64,000 nucleotides of DNA from an uncultured Victivallales bacterium. GTDB lineage: Bacteria > Verrucomicrobiota > Kiritimatiellia > UBA8416 > CAZASC01. Below the pieces are notes generated by a model. The model was not told where the DNA came from and made no database searches. It saw only the letters and a program-made list of their open reading frames with translations. The position numbers were made by a program, and so were the translations under genes. Location: positions 19,306-83,305 of the forward strand of contig CAZASC010000003.1 in the NCBI GenBank assembly GCA_964487695.1. The letters are read 5' to 3'. Positions 27,101 through 36,564 of this stretch are shown one piece after another (within the stretch, counting starts at the first letter, position 1; the number at the start of each line of letters is the position of its first letter).

Positions 27101-27630
27101 TTATGACACCTGGCGCAATCGGTTGAAACGTTGTTTTCAGTGTGACAATCCAAACAATCTTTCATATGGATGACCCTTACCTTTTCAGGTGGTTTGACTG
27201 AGGTGGGCATGCCGTCATGGCACATGACGCAATCAATTCCTCCCAGCGTGGCGTGCTCACGATGGGAAAAATAGATGCTCCGAGGTTCCCGCGTCAGTTT
27301 TTTCCATTGAATGTGCCGGACCTTAACCGCTTGCTCCCAGACAGCCGTATTCCACACGACGTTTGGCGGCGGCGTGGCGTGACAATTGAGACAGATATCC
27401 ATGTCCGGCAAGCCCGCATGCGCCCGCTTATCCACGCCGTTATGACACATAACGCAGGCCATAGCCCGGTGCTTGGAATGGTTGAAGGGGATCGGTTGGA
27501 TGACCGCCTGGGGATGCAACCACGGTTTTAATGGCAACTGGAAAGCGATACGCGCCACGAAGGCTACCGCCATCATGACCAGCATCAACACTATCCAACT
27601 TCGTGAACCTCTGGAAAGTCGATCCGCCAC
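27097..27630 (-). CDS. Membrane-anchored pentaheme cytochrome c (ActA/QrcA-like position)
   Basis: N-terminal TM (WIVLMLVMMAVAFVARIAF). Five CXXCH: CVMCH, CLNCH, CVMCH, CLDCH, CARCH. Confidence 0.75.
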   Translation of the reverse strand: MADRLSRGSRSWIVLMLVMMAVAFVARIAFQLPLKPWLHPQAVIQPIPFNHSKHRAMACVMCHNGVDKRAHAGLPDMDICLNCHATPPPNVVWNTAVWEQAVKVRHIQWKKLTREPRSIYFSHREHATLGGIDCVMCHDGMPTSVKPPEKVRVIHMKDCLDCHTENNVSTDCARCHK

Positions 27631-27631
27631 G

Positions 27632-28078
27632 CTAAAAAGTCTCCTTCTCTCCTGCCGGCATCAAACTGAAAAGGTATTTCTGCACCGCGTCCAGATCGTC
27701 ATCTGGAATCCACTTCGCAAACGCCGGCATGCGAAATGGAGGAGTCGGCCCGTCCGCCCTCTTTTTGTCAATCGTCGGTTGCCCGCGGCGGATAAATTTT
27801 TTCAGTTCGTCCGCTGTGTATCCATCAGCGACGTAAGTCAGCGGAGGCACCTTATCGAGTGTCTTTGCATTGGGGTTGGCAATGCCGGACTTGGCGTCCT
27901 TACCATGGCACATCACACAGCCGTATTTCTCGAACACCTGGCGGCCCAATTGTACAGGATCGGCGGGCGGCACCGGACGTTTCGCCGGCGCTTGTTTGGC
28001 AGACACATGCGAATCGCCGCTTGGTCCGCAACCAACGACCGAAAGGAGAATAACGCTTATAATCAATGGCCAACGCAT
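27632..28078 (-). CDS. Monoheme class I cytochrome c lipoprotein
   Basis: Lipobox LLSVVGC, a single CVMCH, and distal Met context FRMPAF. Confidence 0.7.
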   Translation of the reverse strand: MRWPLIISVILLSVVGCGPSGDSHVSAKQAPAKRPVPPADPVQLGRQVFEKYGCVMCHGKDAKSGIANPNAKTLDKVPPLTYVADGYTADELKKFIRRGQPTIDKKRADGPTPPFRMPAFAKWIPDDDLDAVQKYLFSLMPAGEKETF

Positions 28079-28083
28079 GGACG

Positions 28084-28563
28084 CTATTTTTTCTCGTACT
28101 TGTCGTGGACTTCCTTGATCTTGTCTTCGGCGGCCGTCTTTTCTTCTGGTGTTGCCTTGGCAAGCTTCTCATCCACCATAGCCTTCTTGCGAATGCTGGA
28201 GTCATACGTCAGAAAGTCAAAGATCTTCTTGGCGTCGGCGCTGCTGATGCCTGAGCCGGGCTTATGCATCATGCGTTTGATGTAACGCTCCCATTCTGCG
28301 GGCAACGCGTAGTCCGAGTTGATTGGACGGCTTAGTTTATGACACTGCGAGCATTTTTGACTGAAAACTTCGTAGTTCTCCTGTATGCCTTCCGGGTACT
28401 TGGAAACGTCTATTGTCGCAGAACCCTTTTCGAATCGTTCAACACGCTCCTTGGTTTCAGGATCCAGCGAAACGTCCGGCGGGCGATCCCCGCCTCGACC
28501 GAGCATGGCAAGCGCGGAGACGCCGATGAAGATACTGGCATATTTGAGCTTCACTGAGAACAT
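28084..28563 (-). CDS. Secreted monoheme cytochrome c (uncharacterised type)
   Basis: Signal peptide and a single CSQCH, followed by ..PAEWERYIKRMMHK..AKKIFDFL... It appears paralogous to the 29915-30223 product. Confidence 0.6.
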   Translation of the reverse strand: MFSVKLKYASIFIGVSALAMLGRGGDRPPDVSLDPETKERVERFEKGSATIDVSKYPEGIQENYEVFSQKCSQCHKLSRPINSDYALPAEWERYIKRMMHKPGSGISSADAKKIFDFLTYDSSIRKKAMVDEKLAKATPEEKTAAEDKIKEVHDKYEKK

Positions 28564-28587
28564 ATCGTGTATTCCTTTTTTTGAGTG

Positions 28588-29901
28588 TTAGAACCCATAT
28601 GAGAACTGTAGCACAAAATCGTTATGCGCCTGCGAAGGATCGTCGCTGCCTATGGATTCATAGTCGCCCTCGAAAAGCAGCGTATTTGAAAGATAGTAAA
28701 CATATCCCATGGTGCACCGATGCGTTCGAGTCCCCATATCATCATCTGTCCTGTCGTACCGGCTTACCAGTTCGACGTCGTTAACGATCGGAAGATCCAT
28801 GTCCAGAGCGGCTAATTTATAGGACGCTTGGATCCAAAAGCCCCGTGGTCGGATTGTCCCAATGTCATCGGTTTCCTGCCAGGTATTGATGCACTCGCCC
28901 TTCGCCTCAAAATATGGACTGAGGTGTAAAGCGGCATCTAGCACACCGGCTGACCACAGGCGTTTCCCTGCGTCGTCCCAGGCGCCGGACTGGCCCGAAA
29001 CTCCGAGTTCGAGGTCATAATGCGCTTTCCAAGGTAGGAACCAACCCAGACGTCCGCCGCCACTGGGTGAACTATGCAGATTGGCGGTCGTACTGTCAGA
29101 CTTGATGCCCACGTTTCCGCCGAGATCAAGGTTAGGGATTGAATTGCTGCCGGCATCGAGCGTTGTGGAATTGCCGGAACCATCAACCGAACTTGGGCCG
29201 TTCACGCCATAGACGGCGTACGTGAACACTTGGCCAGAGTCATCCAAAGGAATGGATCCCCGTATCTGAACACCGATACCGCTGTCCTGCAGGAGGGCTC
29301 GTGGCAAAGGATCGTCAGGTATTTTGTTGAGCCATCCAGCGCCCCTCTCGGTGTACGTGCCCAGCGGCAGCAGCATGTAGCCAGCCACGATGGTCGCGTA
29401 GTCATTCAGCAGATAATCCAGTTGCGCAAAACTCAGGTCAATCGTTGTCTGTGATGAGCTGTCGTGCGTTTGTCCGTTCAGGAGCGTGGTCGAGCCATTC
29501 TGCAACCCAATATCGAAGCCAGCTTCAAACAACACGCTATCCGACGCCCGATAGAGGAAGATCGGCGCGAAATCTGCGAAAGTGAAGCCGCTGCTCTGAC
29601 CCTCTACTTTGCCGAACTGTACTTCCGCGTCGCCCACCATCATGAAGTTATGGCTTGCGCTTGATCCCAAGGCAGACGCTGGGTAGACAGGTTGCACCAC
29701 GGACACCTCGGACTTTGCCGCCGTATTGGTTGCAACCGCTTGCGTCTTCTCCACTTGATCTATACGCCCTCCTTGCTTGCTGACTTGATCCTTCAAAGTA
29801 TTGAAGTCTTCATCACTCACCGCCAGCGCATGAGAAGTCAAGACAAGCCCCATCATGCATCCGATAGTCCATACGCTTGAAACCTGGAAATAATTTCTCA
29901 C
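28588..29901 (-). CDS. Outer-membrane porin-like beta-barrel protein
   Basis: Signal peptide, a coiled-coil-like N-terminal segment (SDEDFNTLKDQVSKQGGRIDQVEKTQ), and Gly/Ser/Asp/Tyr-rich alternating sequence. It ends in the aromatic C-terminus ..VLQFSYGF typical of OM barrels. Confidence 0.6.
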   Translation of the reverse strand: MRNYFQVSSVWTIGCMMGLVLTSHALAVSDEDFNTLKDQVSKQGGRIDQVEKTQAVATNTAAKSEVSVVQPVYPASALGSSASHNFMMVGDAEVQFGKVEGQSSGFTFADFAPIFLYRASDSVLFEAGFDIGLQNGSTTLLNGQTHDSSSQTTIDLSFAQLDYLLNDYATIVAGYMLLPLGTYTERGAGWLNKIPDDPLPRALLQDSGIGVQIRGSIPLDDSGQVFTYAVYGVNGPSSVDGSGNSTTLDAGSNSIPNLDLGGNVGIKSDSTTANLHSSPSGGGRLGWFLPWKAHYDLELGVSGQSGAWDDAGKRLWSAGVLDAALHLSPYFEAKGECINTWQETDDIGTIRPRGFWIQASYKLAALDMDLPIVNDVELVSRYDRTDDDMGTRTHRCTMGYVYYLSNTLLFEGDYESIGSDDPSQAHNDFVLQFSYGF

Positions 29902-29914
29902 TGGTGCGATCCTC

Positions 29915-30223
29915 CTAGTTACCGCTTTCTTCCTGGAGATACTTTAGAATCTTTTTGGCCTGCGTCGCGGGAATGTTAGCCCGCACGCGCATATGAATCA
30001 TTAGAGTCTTCCACTGCGCCGCTGTCCATTCAGTCGGATATCGCTCCGGATGGCAGCGGTTGCAGTTGATCGCGTATAGTTCGGCTCCGGTGGGCGCTTT
30101 GGGTTTGGCCGTTTTTTCGCCATCGGCCATGGCAATGACGATCGTTGACGCTATGATGGCCCCAGCTGCGACCCAGGCAGCGCCCCCCCATCGTCGCAAT
30201 TTCACGGAACGTGATTGGTTCAT
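29915..30223 (-). CDS. Small membrane-anchored monoheme cytochrome c
   Basis: Trimmed to ATG 30223. TM segment AAWVAAGAIIASTIVIAMA and a single CNRCH, followed by ..PTEWTAAQWKTLMIHM..AKKILKYL.. Confidence 0.6.
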   Translation of the reverse strand: MNQSRSVKLRRWGGAAWVAAGAIIASTIVIAMADGEKTAKPKAPTGAELYAINCNRCHPERYPTEWTAAQWKTLMIHMRVRANIPATQAKKILKYLQEESGN

Positions 30224-30379
30224 GCTCCTGCCTCCATTTAGGATTGAACTGTCGTTCTTAACTCTTTCCAACGTACCCGGTACCCGCAAGATGCTTGTTT
30301 GTCAAACTCCAAACTCCAGACGCCACGCTTATGCGTTTGACTGCTTTGACAAACACAACCCCATCGTTGAACAATCGGA

Positions 30380-30793
30380 CTATCTTTCGGCCAGCACTTT
30401 CCTGATTTCATCGAGCAGGCGCATGGCGGAAATCGGTTTTTCCAGAAAGACTGCTGGCGCGGATCCCAAGTACTGCTCCATGCTTTCGCTTCCGAACGGC
30501 AAACCAGTCTTACTGGCAACCTCGGAAAGCATGATAACGGGTATGTCGCGGGTTATGTCGTCGCTCCGCAGATTGCAGAAGGCGGTGAAGCCATCCATGC
30601 CACCGGACATCATTACGTCCAGCACAATAAGAGCAGGCTTTTCAATTCGCGCCTTAAGAATCGCCTCCTCGCCATCGGCAGCTGAAATAACTGCATACTC
30701 CGCTCCGATCGCCTTTTGCGCGAAATTTACGCATTCGTCGTCATCGTCCGCGATCAAAACCGATTTCCTTTTGCTTTTATTTCCAACTATCAT
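30380..30793 (-). CDS. Stand-alone response-regulator receiver (CheY-like)
   Basis: VLIADDDDE acidic pocket, phospho-acceptor context LIVLDVMMSGGMDG, and conserved Lys in FLEKPI. No output domain. Confidence 0.8.
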   Translation of the reverse strand: MIVGNKSKRKSVLIADDDDECVNFAQKAIGAEYAVISAADGEEAILKARIEKPALIVLDVMMSGGMDGFTAFCNLRSDDITRDIPVIMLSEVASKTGLPFGSESMEQYLGSAPAVFLEKPISAMRLLDEIRKVLAER

Positions 30794-30997
30794 TGCGCTT
30801 TATTTTATCCATAATATTCATCGTCAACAATGGGATAATTCTACAGGACATCCGTTCGCGAGGGCTTTCCCCTTGAGTCCGCCGTGCAGTCTACTGTATA
30901 TTTGCAACTTGTTGGCGCTTGGGATGGTGGGCGGCTCGTGAGAAATCAGGAACGCCATCCCTGGTCAACGCTGGTGTCGGACAGGGGATGTATATCC

Positions 30998-31852
30998 ATG
31001 TTGTTGGAAGCTTCATTGGCTGCTTCGGGAATCGGGCTGTTCTGCGTCGCTTCGGTGTTTTCCGTGGCCTGCCTGTTGTGTCGGAATCCGCCCGGAAGAG
31101 GTGAATTGGGAGTCTCCTTGCTTCTGGCATTGGGATGTGTCCCCCTCGTAGCGGTTCTGCTCCTGCGAAGCGCCAACACTGGCCGCGTGCCGCTCTTCAG
31201 CACTTTTGACGCCTTGACGGTCTATGGTGTGTTCCTCACCATAGCCGCACTCTGTTTCCTCACAAGACATCGGACGCAAGGAGTATTCGCGATCCTGTCC
31301 CCATATGTAACTATTATATTGATCGCAGGCTTTCCCGCCGTCGGCGTGGAAACTGGGCCTGTGCCGCATACGGTATCGAACGTGGTTTTGTTATCGCACA
31401 TGATTATCGCCTTCGCGGGATATGCGCTTTTCAGTCTGGCCAGCATTCTTGCTTTTGCCTACCTTATTCAGAATCGCAACTTCAAACATCGTAATTTCGG
31501 CGTGGTTTTCGAGCGATTGCCGGCATTGGAAACGTTGGACGACCTGATGTTCCGCCTGGTTGGTTTCGCGTTTCTCCTTCTGACGATCTCCCTCATGTTG
31601 GGCGTGTACCTGGTTCACCAGAGCGGCAGTGGCGCTGAATGGGCGGCAGACCCCAAGGTCGTGGCGACTTTTGTGACGTGGGCGCTCTACGCGGGACTAG
31701 TGCACATGCGCGCCAACGCCGGAAGGCACGGCACTCGACTGGCGCTGGTCACTTTCATCGGGCTCGCCTTTGTATTGTTTTCCATGATTGGCGTTCACAT
31801 GGTCGCGCATAGCGTCCACGGATTTGTCCAGATCGGTGTCGCAGCAAAATGA
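30998..31852 (+). CDS. CcsA-like cytochrome c assembly family / HemX-like membrane protein
   Basis: Trimmed to ATG 30998. Polytopic protein with the block ..ADPKVVATFVTWALYAGLVHMR.. seen in CcsA-like proteins encoded next to hemA. Its stop overlaps the hemA start. Confidence 0.65.
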   Translation: MLLEASLAASGIGLFCVASVFSVACLLCRNPPGRGELGVSLLLALGCVPLVAVLLLRSANTGRVPLFSTFDALTVYGVFLTIAALCFLTRHRTQGVFAILSPYVTIILIAGFPAVGVETGPVPHTVSNVVLLSHMIIAFAGYALFSLASILAFAYLIQNRNFKHRNFGVVFERLPALETLDDLMFRLVGFAFLLLTISLMLGVYLVHQSGSGAEWAADPKVVATFVTWALYAGLVHMRANAGRHGTRLALVTFIGLAFVLFSMIGVHMVAHSVHGFVQIGVAAK

Positions 31853-33192
31853 ACATGAATCTGTCGGTTCTCGGCATCAATTTTCGCACAGCTCCAATCG
31901 AGCTGCGTGAGCAGGCGTCGTTCGTCGCTGCCGATGTCGGCGTTGCGCTTGGCCGTCTGTGCGCGGAGTTTCCGGGAAGCGAAGCCGTGTTACTCTCGAC
32001 ATGCAACCGGACGGAATTATATACAGCCGGCATCGATGTGGAAGCAAAGCAAACGGCGCTTATCCGCATGCTGTTGAAGGGAAATGGATCCACTGATCTC
32101 TCTGAAGCGACACGACATTTCTACACAAAGAAGGATCTGACCGTGGCGGAACATCTACTGGCCGTCGTTTCGGGGCTGGACTCCATGGTGGTAGGCGAAA
32201 CGGAAATCCTTGGCCAGGTCAAACAGGCATACATGCTTGCTGAACAGGCTCAAGCCCTTGGCAAAGCCCTGGATCCCTTGTTCCAGAATGCGTTCAGGAT
32301 CGCCAAGCGGATACACACCGAAACGGATCTGTGCCGGGGCCGCGTATCCGTCAGCTCCATCGCGGTTGAATTCGCAGAGAAAGTATTTGAGGATCTGGGA
32401 TCCAAGACGGTGATGATCGTGGGAGCCGGCGAAACCGCAGAGCTATCGCTGAAAAGTCTTATCGAAAGGGGCGCAAAGGAGGTGCTCGTGCTCAACCGTT
32501 CCCTGGAGAGGGCGTTGTCGCTGGCTGAACGATACGGAGGGCGCGCCATTCCTTATGACCTTCTCGATGACTACCTGCCCCGCGCCGACATCGTAATCAG
32601 CTCGACCAGTGCGCCGCACTGTGTAATCCGCGAGGCCACCGTACGCAAGGCCGTTGCAGTGCGCCGCGGTTTACCCCTGTTGTTGATCGATATCGCCGTT
32701 CCACGCGACATTGAACCAGCCGCCGGAGAACTGGCGAACGTATATCTCTACGACATTGACGATCTGCAGCGTGTGGCAGCAGAAAATCTGGCGAAGCGGC
32801 AGGAATCCGTGGAAGAAGCCCGAAAGATTATTCGGGAGGGTGCGGCTGAGGTCGCGTGCATGTTCGAAAGCGCAGACCTGAGGGAGATGATGCGCAGGCT
32901 GGACGAATTCGGGCAGGAGGTATCTGATACTGTGCTGCAGCGGATGCTTGCCAAGGAAAAAATGGCGGCACTGTCCGATGAAGCGCGCGAGGAAGTTCGC
33001 GCCATTGCACAAAAAGTGGTGGCAAAATTACTGGCTGGTCCAAGAGAGTCGCTCAAGCGGGCAGCCCGGAACGGCCAATGGGCGGAATATGCCAACGTGG
33101 TGAGCGATCTCTTTCGATTTAACGACCGTCCCGGCGCAGATCGAGATAATAGTGAAGCAAAAAATGATAAAGACAGCAGGAAAAGACAGTAA
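31849..33192 (+). CDS. hemA: Glutamyl-tRNA reductase
   Basis: N-terminus LSVLGINFRTAPIELRE, the catalytic-Cys block LLSTCNRTELY, and the NADPH fold VMIVGAGETAE. Confidence 0.9.
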   Translation: MNMNLSVLGINFRTAPIELREQASFVAADVGVALGRLCAEFPGSEAVLLSTCNRTELYTAGIDVEAKQTALIRMLLKGNGSTDLSEATRHFYTKKDLTVAEHLLAVVSGLDSMVVGETEILGQVKQAYMLAEQAQALGKALDPLFQNAFRIAKRIHTETDLCRGRVSVSSIAVEFAEKVFEDLGSKTVMIVGAGETAELSLKSLIERGAKEVLVLNRSLERALSLAERYGGRAIPYDLLDDYLPRADIVISSTSAPHCVIREATVRKAVAVRRGLPLLLIDIAVPRDIEPAAGELANVYLYDIDDLQRVAAENLAKRQESVEEARKIIREGAAEVACMFESADLREMMRRLDEFGQEVSDTVLQRMLAKEKMAALSDEAREEVRAIAQKVVAKLLAGPRESLKRAARNGQWAEYANVVSDLFRFNDRPGADRDNSEAKNDKDSRKRQ

Positions 33193-33378
33193 ATAAGCGG
33201 CGTCTGATCCGATGTTTACCCGATTGTGTCATCTCTTTCTCTTCTGGAATAAGTCATGATTTCATGATGCGCAGGTTCATAGTAAAATCCCATCTTTCTG
33301 ATATTATTCACATTGCAGGTATCGCTTCGCAAGTGCTATATTCATTCGTTTGAGTCACCTTGGTGAGCGGGAGATTTC

Positions 33379-34815
33379 ATGAGGAAAATACTGGTTGCCG
33401 AGTTTGCGATGCCTCGTTACGTAACCGCCTGTCGCCGCCAACTTGTCCTGATGTTCGGGCTTTTTATTCTTGCCCTTCAGGTGGTATCGTCATCCTGCCT
33501 GGCTGAGGATGGATATCCGATGTCGGCAACGCCATGGTATGAAGGGCATATCTCGGGGCAATCGCGAAGCGAATACGAATATCGCTCGTCCGATGGCGAA
33601 CACGACTCTGATCTTTACGAATACTTGTATTTCAGCGATCGGGATCTGGCGAACCGCCATTTGGATTTCTATTTCTCGGGAAGATTTCAGAAGGACCTCA
33701 ACAACCTGTCCACTTCGCTCGCGGATAATGAATTCGCCAGCATAGACGACCTTACAAGCGATTATTATTTGTTCCAACTCTACCTGGAAGCGCACGACAT
33801 CGCGAGGGATGTCCTGTTTCGTGGTGGCCGCCAGTATATTGATGTCGCTGACAGCCTGCACATAGACGGCGGCCAGTTGATGGCATTCGAGAATTCAAGG
33901 TTTGGCGGCCAGGTTTTCTACGGCCGGCCTGTCAGCTACTACTCATCTGTCTCCAATGACTGGGCAGGTGGGTTCTCGCTCATCGGGCGCCCTTGGGCGC
34001 AAAATCAGACGCGCCTAACCTATGTCCGCTATCATGACGACAGCGCCGACGTGGACGATCAGCATTATGCGCTGGACGTCAGGCAAAGGTTTGATGAGGA
34101 ATTGAGAAGTCAGTTGCAAGTCTCGGAGCTGAACAAGTCTTTCGAAATGGCAAGTCTGGACTTATACTACGATTCTACAGCCGGCGATTTCGGAGGTTAT
34201 GTCGGGGTTCGCCGGTGGGGCGATGCGACGGGCGATACCATTGCCTATTCCCCGCTTCTACAGGTATTGGGAAGTTTCGATCCTTATACCTACGTTTGCG
34301 CCAGAACCTACATGAATGTCCTGCCCTGGCTTTACATCGCGCCTGAGTTCACGGCGCGCATGGTTGCCACCGGCGACGAGAACGCTCAAAACACGGACTA
34401 CACCCACTACGATCTTACGATCTCCATCGAACCGGACCACACGTGGAGCGCGTCGGTGGCCGGCGAATACTGGGATGTCCGCGGCGGCGACAGTTTTTTT
34501 GGCGTTAGCGGAGAACTGCGCTATAGACACGGAAGACTCTGGGAGATCTCGGCAGGCACAGGCTATACTCACTATGACTACACGCAGTATGTGGATTATA
34601 CCGGCACAATCGACGCGGGCGATGTGCATTTTTCCGGCGACGGTAGTGTTATGCAGGATTCACCTGATTCATACAGTTATTTTCTGGCTGGAAAGTGGAA
34701 TCTGAATAAAACCTTTGCAATACAGGCGCGGGGCGAAATGGAGACTGACACCGGTACGAACGAAACCAATGGGCACAGCTTGATGGCCCAGATTACCGTC
34801 GTGTTGCGAATCTGA
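33379..34815 (+). CDS. Putative outer-membrane beta-barrel protein (candidate porin of a porin-cytochrome conduit)
   Basis: Hydrophobic signal (..LVLMFGLFILALQVVSSSCLA). Tyr/Asp/Gly-rich sequence with alternating hydrophobicity throughout (YEYRSSDGEHDSDLYEYLYFSD; LRYRHGRLWEISAGTGYTHYDY). The stop is 12 nt before the multiheme gene. No enzyme motifs. Confidence 0.5.
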   Translation: MRKILVAEFAMPRYVTACRRQLVLMFGLFILALQVVSSSCLAEDGYPMSATPWYEGHISGQSRSEYEYRSSDGEHDSDLYEYLYFSDRDLANRHLDFYFSGRFQKDLNNLSTSLADNEFASIDDLTSDYYLFQLYLEAHDIARDVLFRGGRQYIDVADSLHIDGGQLMAFENSRFGGQVFYGRPVSYYSSVSNDWAGGFSLIGRPWAQNQTRLTYVRYHDDSADVDDQHYALDVRQRFDEELRSQLQVSELNKSFEMASLDLYYDSTAGDFGGYVGVRRWGDATGDTIAYSPLLQVLGSFDPYTYVCARTYMNVLPWLYIAPEFTARMVATGDENAQNTDYTHYDLTISIEPDHTWSASVAGEYWDVRGGDSFFGVSGELRYRHGRLWEISAGTGYTHYDYTQYVDYTGTIDAGDVHFSGDGSVMQDSPDSYSYFLAGKWNLNKTFAIQARGEMETDTGTNETNGHSLMAQITVVLRI

Positions 34816-34826
34816 AGAGAGATAAT

Positions 34827-36371
34827 ATGACCAACAAACTCTTTAACTGCGCCATCATCTTTCTGATGCTGTTTCTCGCCGGATGCGACGAAAAGGACAA
34901 GTATACCCTTAAGTTCAGTCACACCCTCCATGTCAAGGAAAACGGCATGTCATGCAGCGACTGCCATGGCGATGTCAAAGATGGCCGGCTGGCCTGGCCG
35001 GGGCACAAAGTTTGTGCCGATTGTCACGGCGATATGATTGAGACCAACGAGATCAGCGCCAAGACATGCGGCGTTTGCCACAAAGAAAAGAACCTTAACG
35101 ATATTGCCAAGCGCCCGGAATATGCCGCTGCAGCCCCCGGCGTTTTCACGCATACTGCGGCGTTGAAGACGGAATGCGCAAGCTGCCACGCTTACATGCT
35201 GGCGCCCGATCAGGACTACGTGCCAAAAACCTCCCGCAGCGACATCATAATGATCAGGCAGAAATCGCACGAGAGCGGCAGGTCCTGCGACACCTGTCAC
35301 AGCAACATGAGCCCGCTCGTTCCTCCGGCCAGTCACAAGAAGGACTGGACGCGCCGTCACGGTAGTGAAGCGAATGCGCCGGACGCGGTGTGCAGCGTGT
35401 GCCACCATGAAGAAACATGCAGGGAATGTCATGAGACCAATAAACCATTGTCGCACAATAATAATCTCTGGAGATTGAAAACCCACGGAATCGAAGCTTC
35501 ATGGGAGCGGGCAAAATGCCGGGTGTGTCACGAGGTGGATTTCTGCGTCGAATGCCACTCCCAGACGCGTCCACTCTCGCACAATGCGGCGTGGCGCGGG
35601 ACGCATTGTCAGAATTGCCACACATCACAGGAAATGGGCACCGGTTGTGTGACTTGTCATTTTGAGGGGATTGCCGAGCACCCCGATCCGCATGCCGCAG
35701 GCTGGAAGAATCAGCACTGCAATCAGTGCCATCCCGGCAGTCCAGAGTGGAATCAGTGTATTCTCTGCCATACGGAAGGAATTGGCGGTCATCCTGATCC
35801 TCACAGTGCCGGCTGGCTCAACCAGCACTGTAACCAATGCCATGCAGACACACTGCAAGACGATAACTGTCTGATCTGCCATGCGCAGGGATTGGGCGGC
35901 CATCCCGATCCTCATGCAGCCGGCTGGCTCAGCCAGCACTGTAACCAGTGTCACGTGGACACGTTGCAAAATCTGTGCGTGATCTGTCACGCGCAGGGAT
36001 TGAACGGTCATCCCGATCCGCATCCCGCGGGCTGGCAGCTCCAGCACTGCAGTCAATGTCATGCCGGACAATCCGGTAACCCATGTGCGACATGTCATGC
36101 GGCGGATGTTGCGTCTCACCCTGATCCCCATCCTTTGAGTTGGCTGAATGGCCATTGTGCGTCCTGCCATCAGAGCGGCGATTCATCCTGCAATCAGTGC
36201 CATGTTGCCGGGACGCTCCTCACGTATCACGTTGCCGTATGGGATCCATCTTTACATGCTGGGTTCACTGCGCAAACTGATTGTTTCCAGGCCGGTTGCC
36301 ATGACACAGGTAATGCACGAAGTAAAAAGAAGATTATTCATGCGGCGACTCCAGCCAAGGGTCATAAGTAG
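34827..36371 (+). CDS. Multiheme cytochrome c lipoprotein, 21 CXXCH plus one CX4CH
   Basis: Lipobox LFLAGC, with Asp at +2. I counted 21 canonical CXXCH in 514 aa, plus CFQAGCH. The central part has doubled-CXXCH blocks (CSVCHHEETCRECH, CRVCHEVDFCVECH). The C-terminal part has five tandem di-heme repeats. Confidence 0.85.
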   Translation: MTNKLFNCAIIFLMLFLAGCDEKDKYTLKFSHTLHVKENGMSCSDCHGDVKDGRLAWPGHKVCADCHGDMIETNEISAKTCGVCHKEKNLNDIAKRPEYAAAAPGVFTHTAALKTECASCHAYMLAPDQDYVPKTSRSDIIMIRQKSHESGRSCDTCHSNMSPLVPPASHKKDWTRRHGSEANAPDAVCSVCHHEETCRECHETNKPLSHNNNLWRLKTHGIEASWERAKCRVCHEVDFCVECHSQTRPLSHNAAWRGTHCQNCHTSQEMGTGCVTCHFEGIAEHPDPHAAGWKNQHCNQCHPGSPEWNQCILCHTEGIGGHPDPHSAGWLNQHCNQCHADTLQDDNCLICHAQGLGGHPDPHAAGWLSQHCNQCHVDTLQNLCVICHAQGLNGHPDPHPAGWQLQHCSQCHAGQSGNPCATCHAADVASHPDPHPLSWLNGHCASCHQSGDSSCNQCHVAGTLLTYHVAVWDPSLHAGFTAQTDCFQAGCHDTGNARSKKKIIHAATPAKGHK

Positions 36372-36564
36372 AGGAGAGGCCGCTTGTCTGGCTGGATGAC
36401 ATGGGTTTTATGTGGTGCATAATTCGATTAATCGTAGAATGATCCTATTGTTGCACCCAGGCGTTTTGCGCTAATATATGGATGGTTTCGTGGTAAAAGG
36501 TTTAGTATCAAGCATGTACCGATATTGGGCGCTCGAAGTGACGAAAAGTCAGGAGAAAGATGTG

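Noticed and set aside
33193-33378. Possible third copy of the TIR element in the hemA-barrel spacer (ttcattcgtttga)
   Set aside because: Only about 8 nt resemble the TIR core and there is no partner arm, so I judged it chance similarity.
35646-36203. Tandem DNA repeats that might suggest a CRISPR array or satellite
   Set aside because: The repeats are in frame and encode the di-heme protein unit. There is no spacer/repeat organisation and no cas genes.
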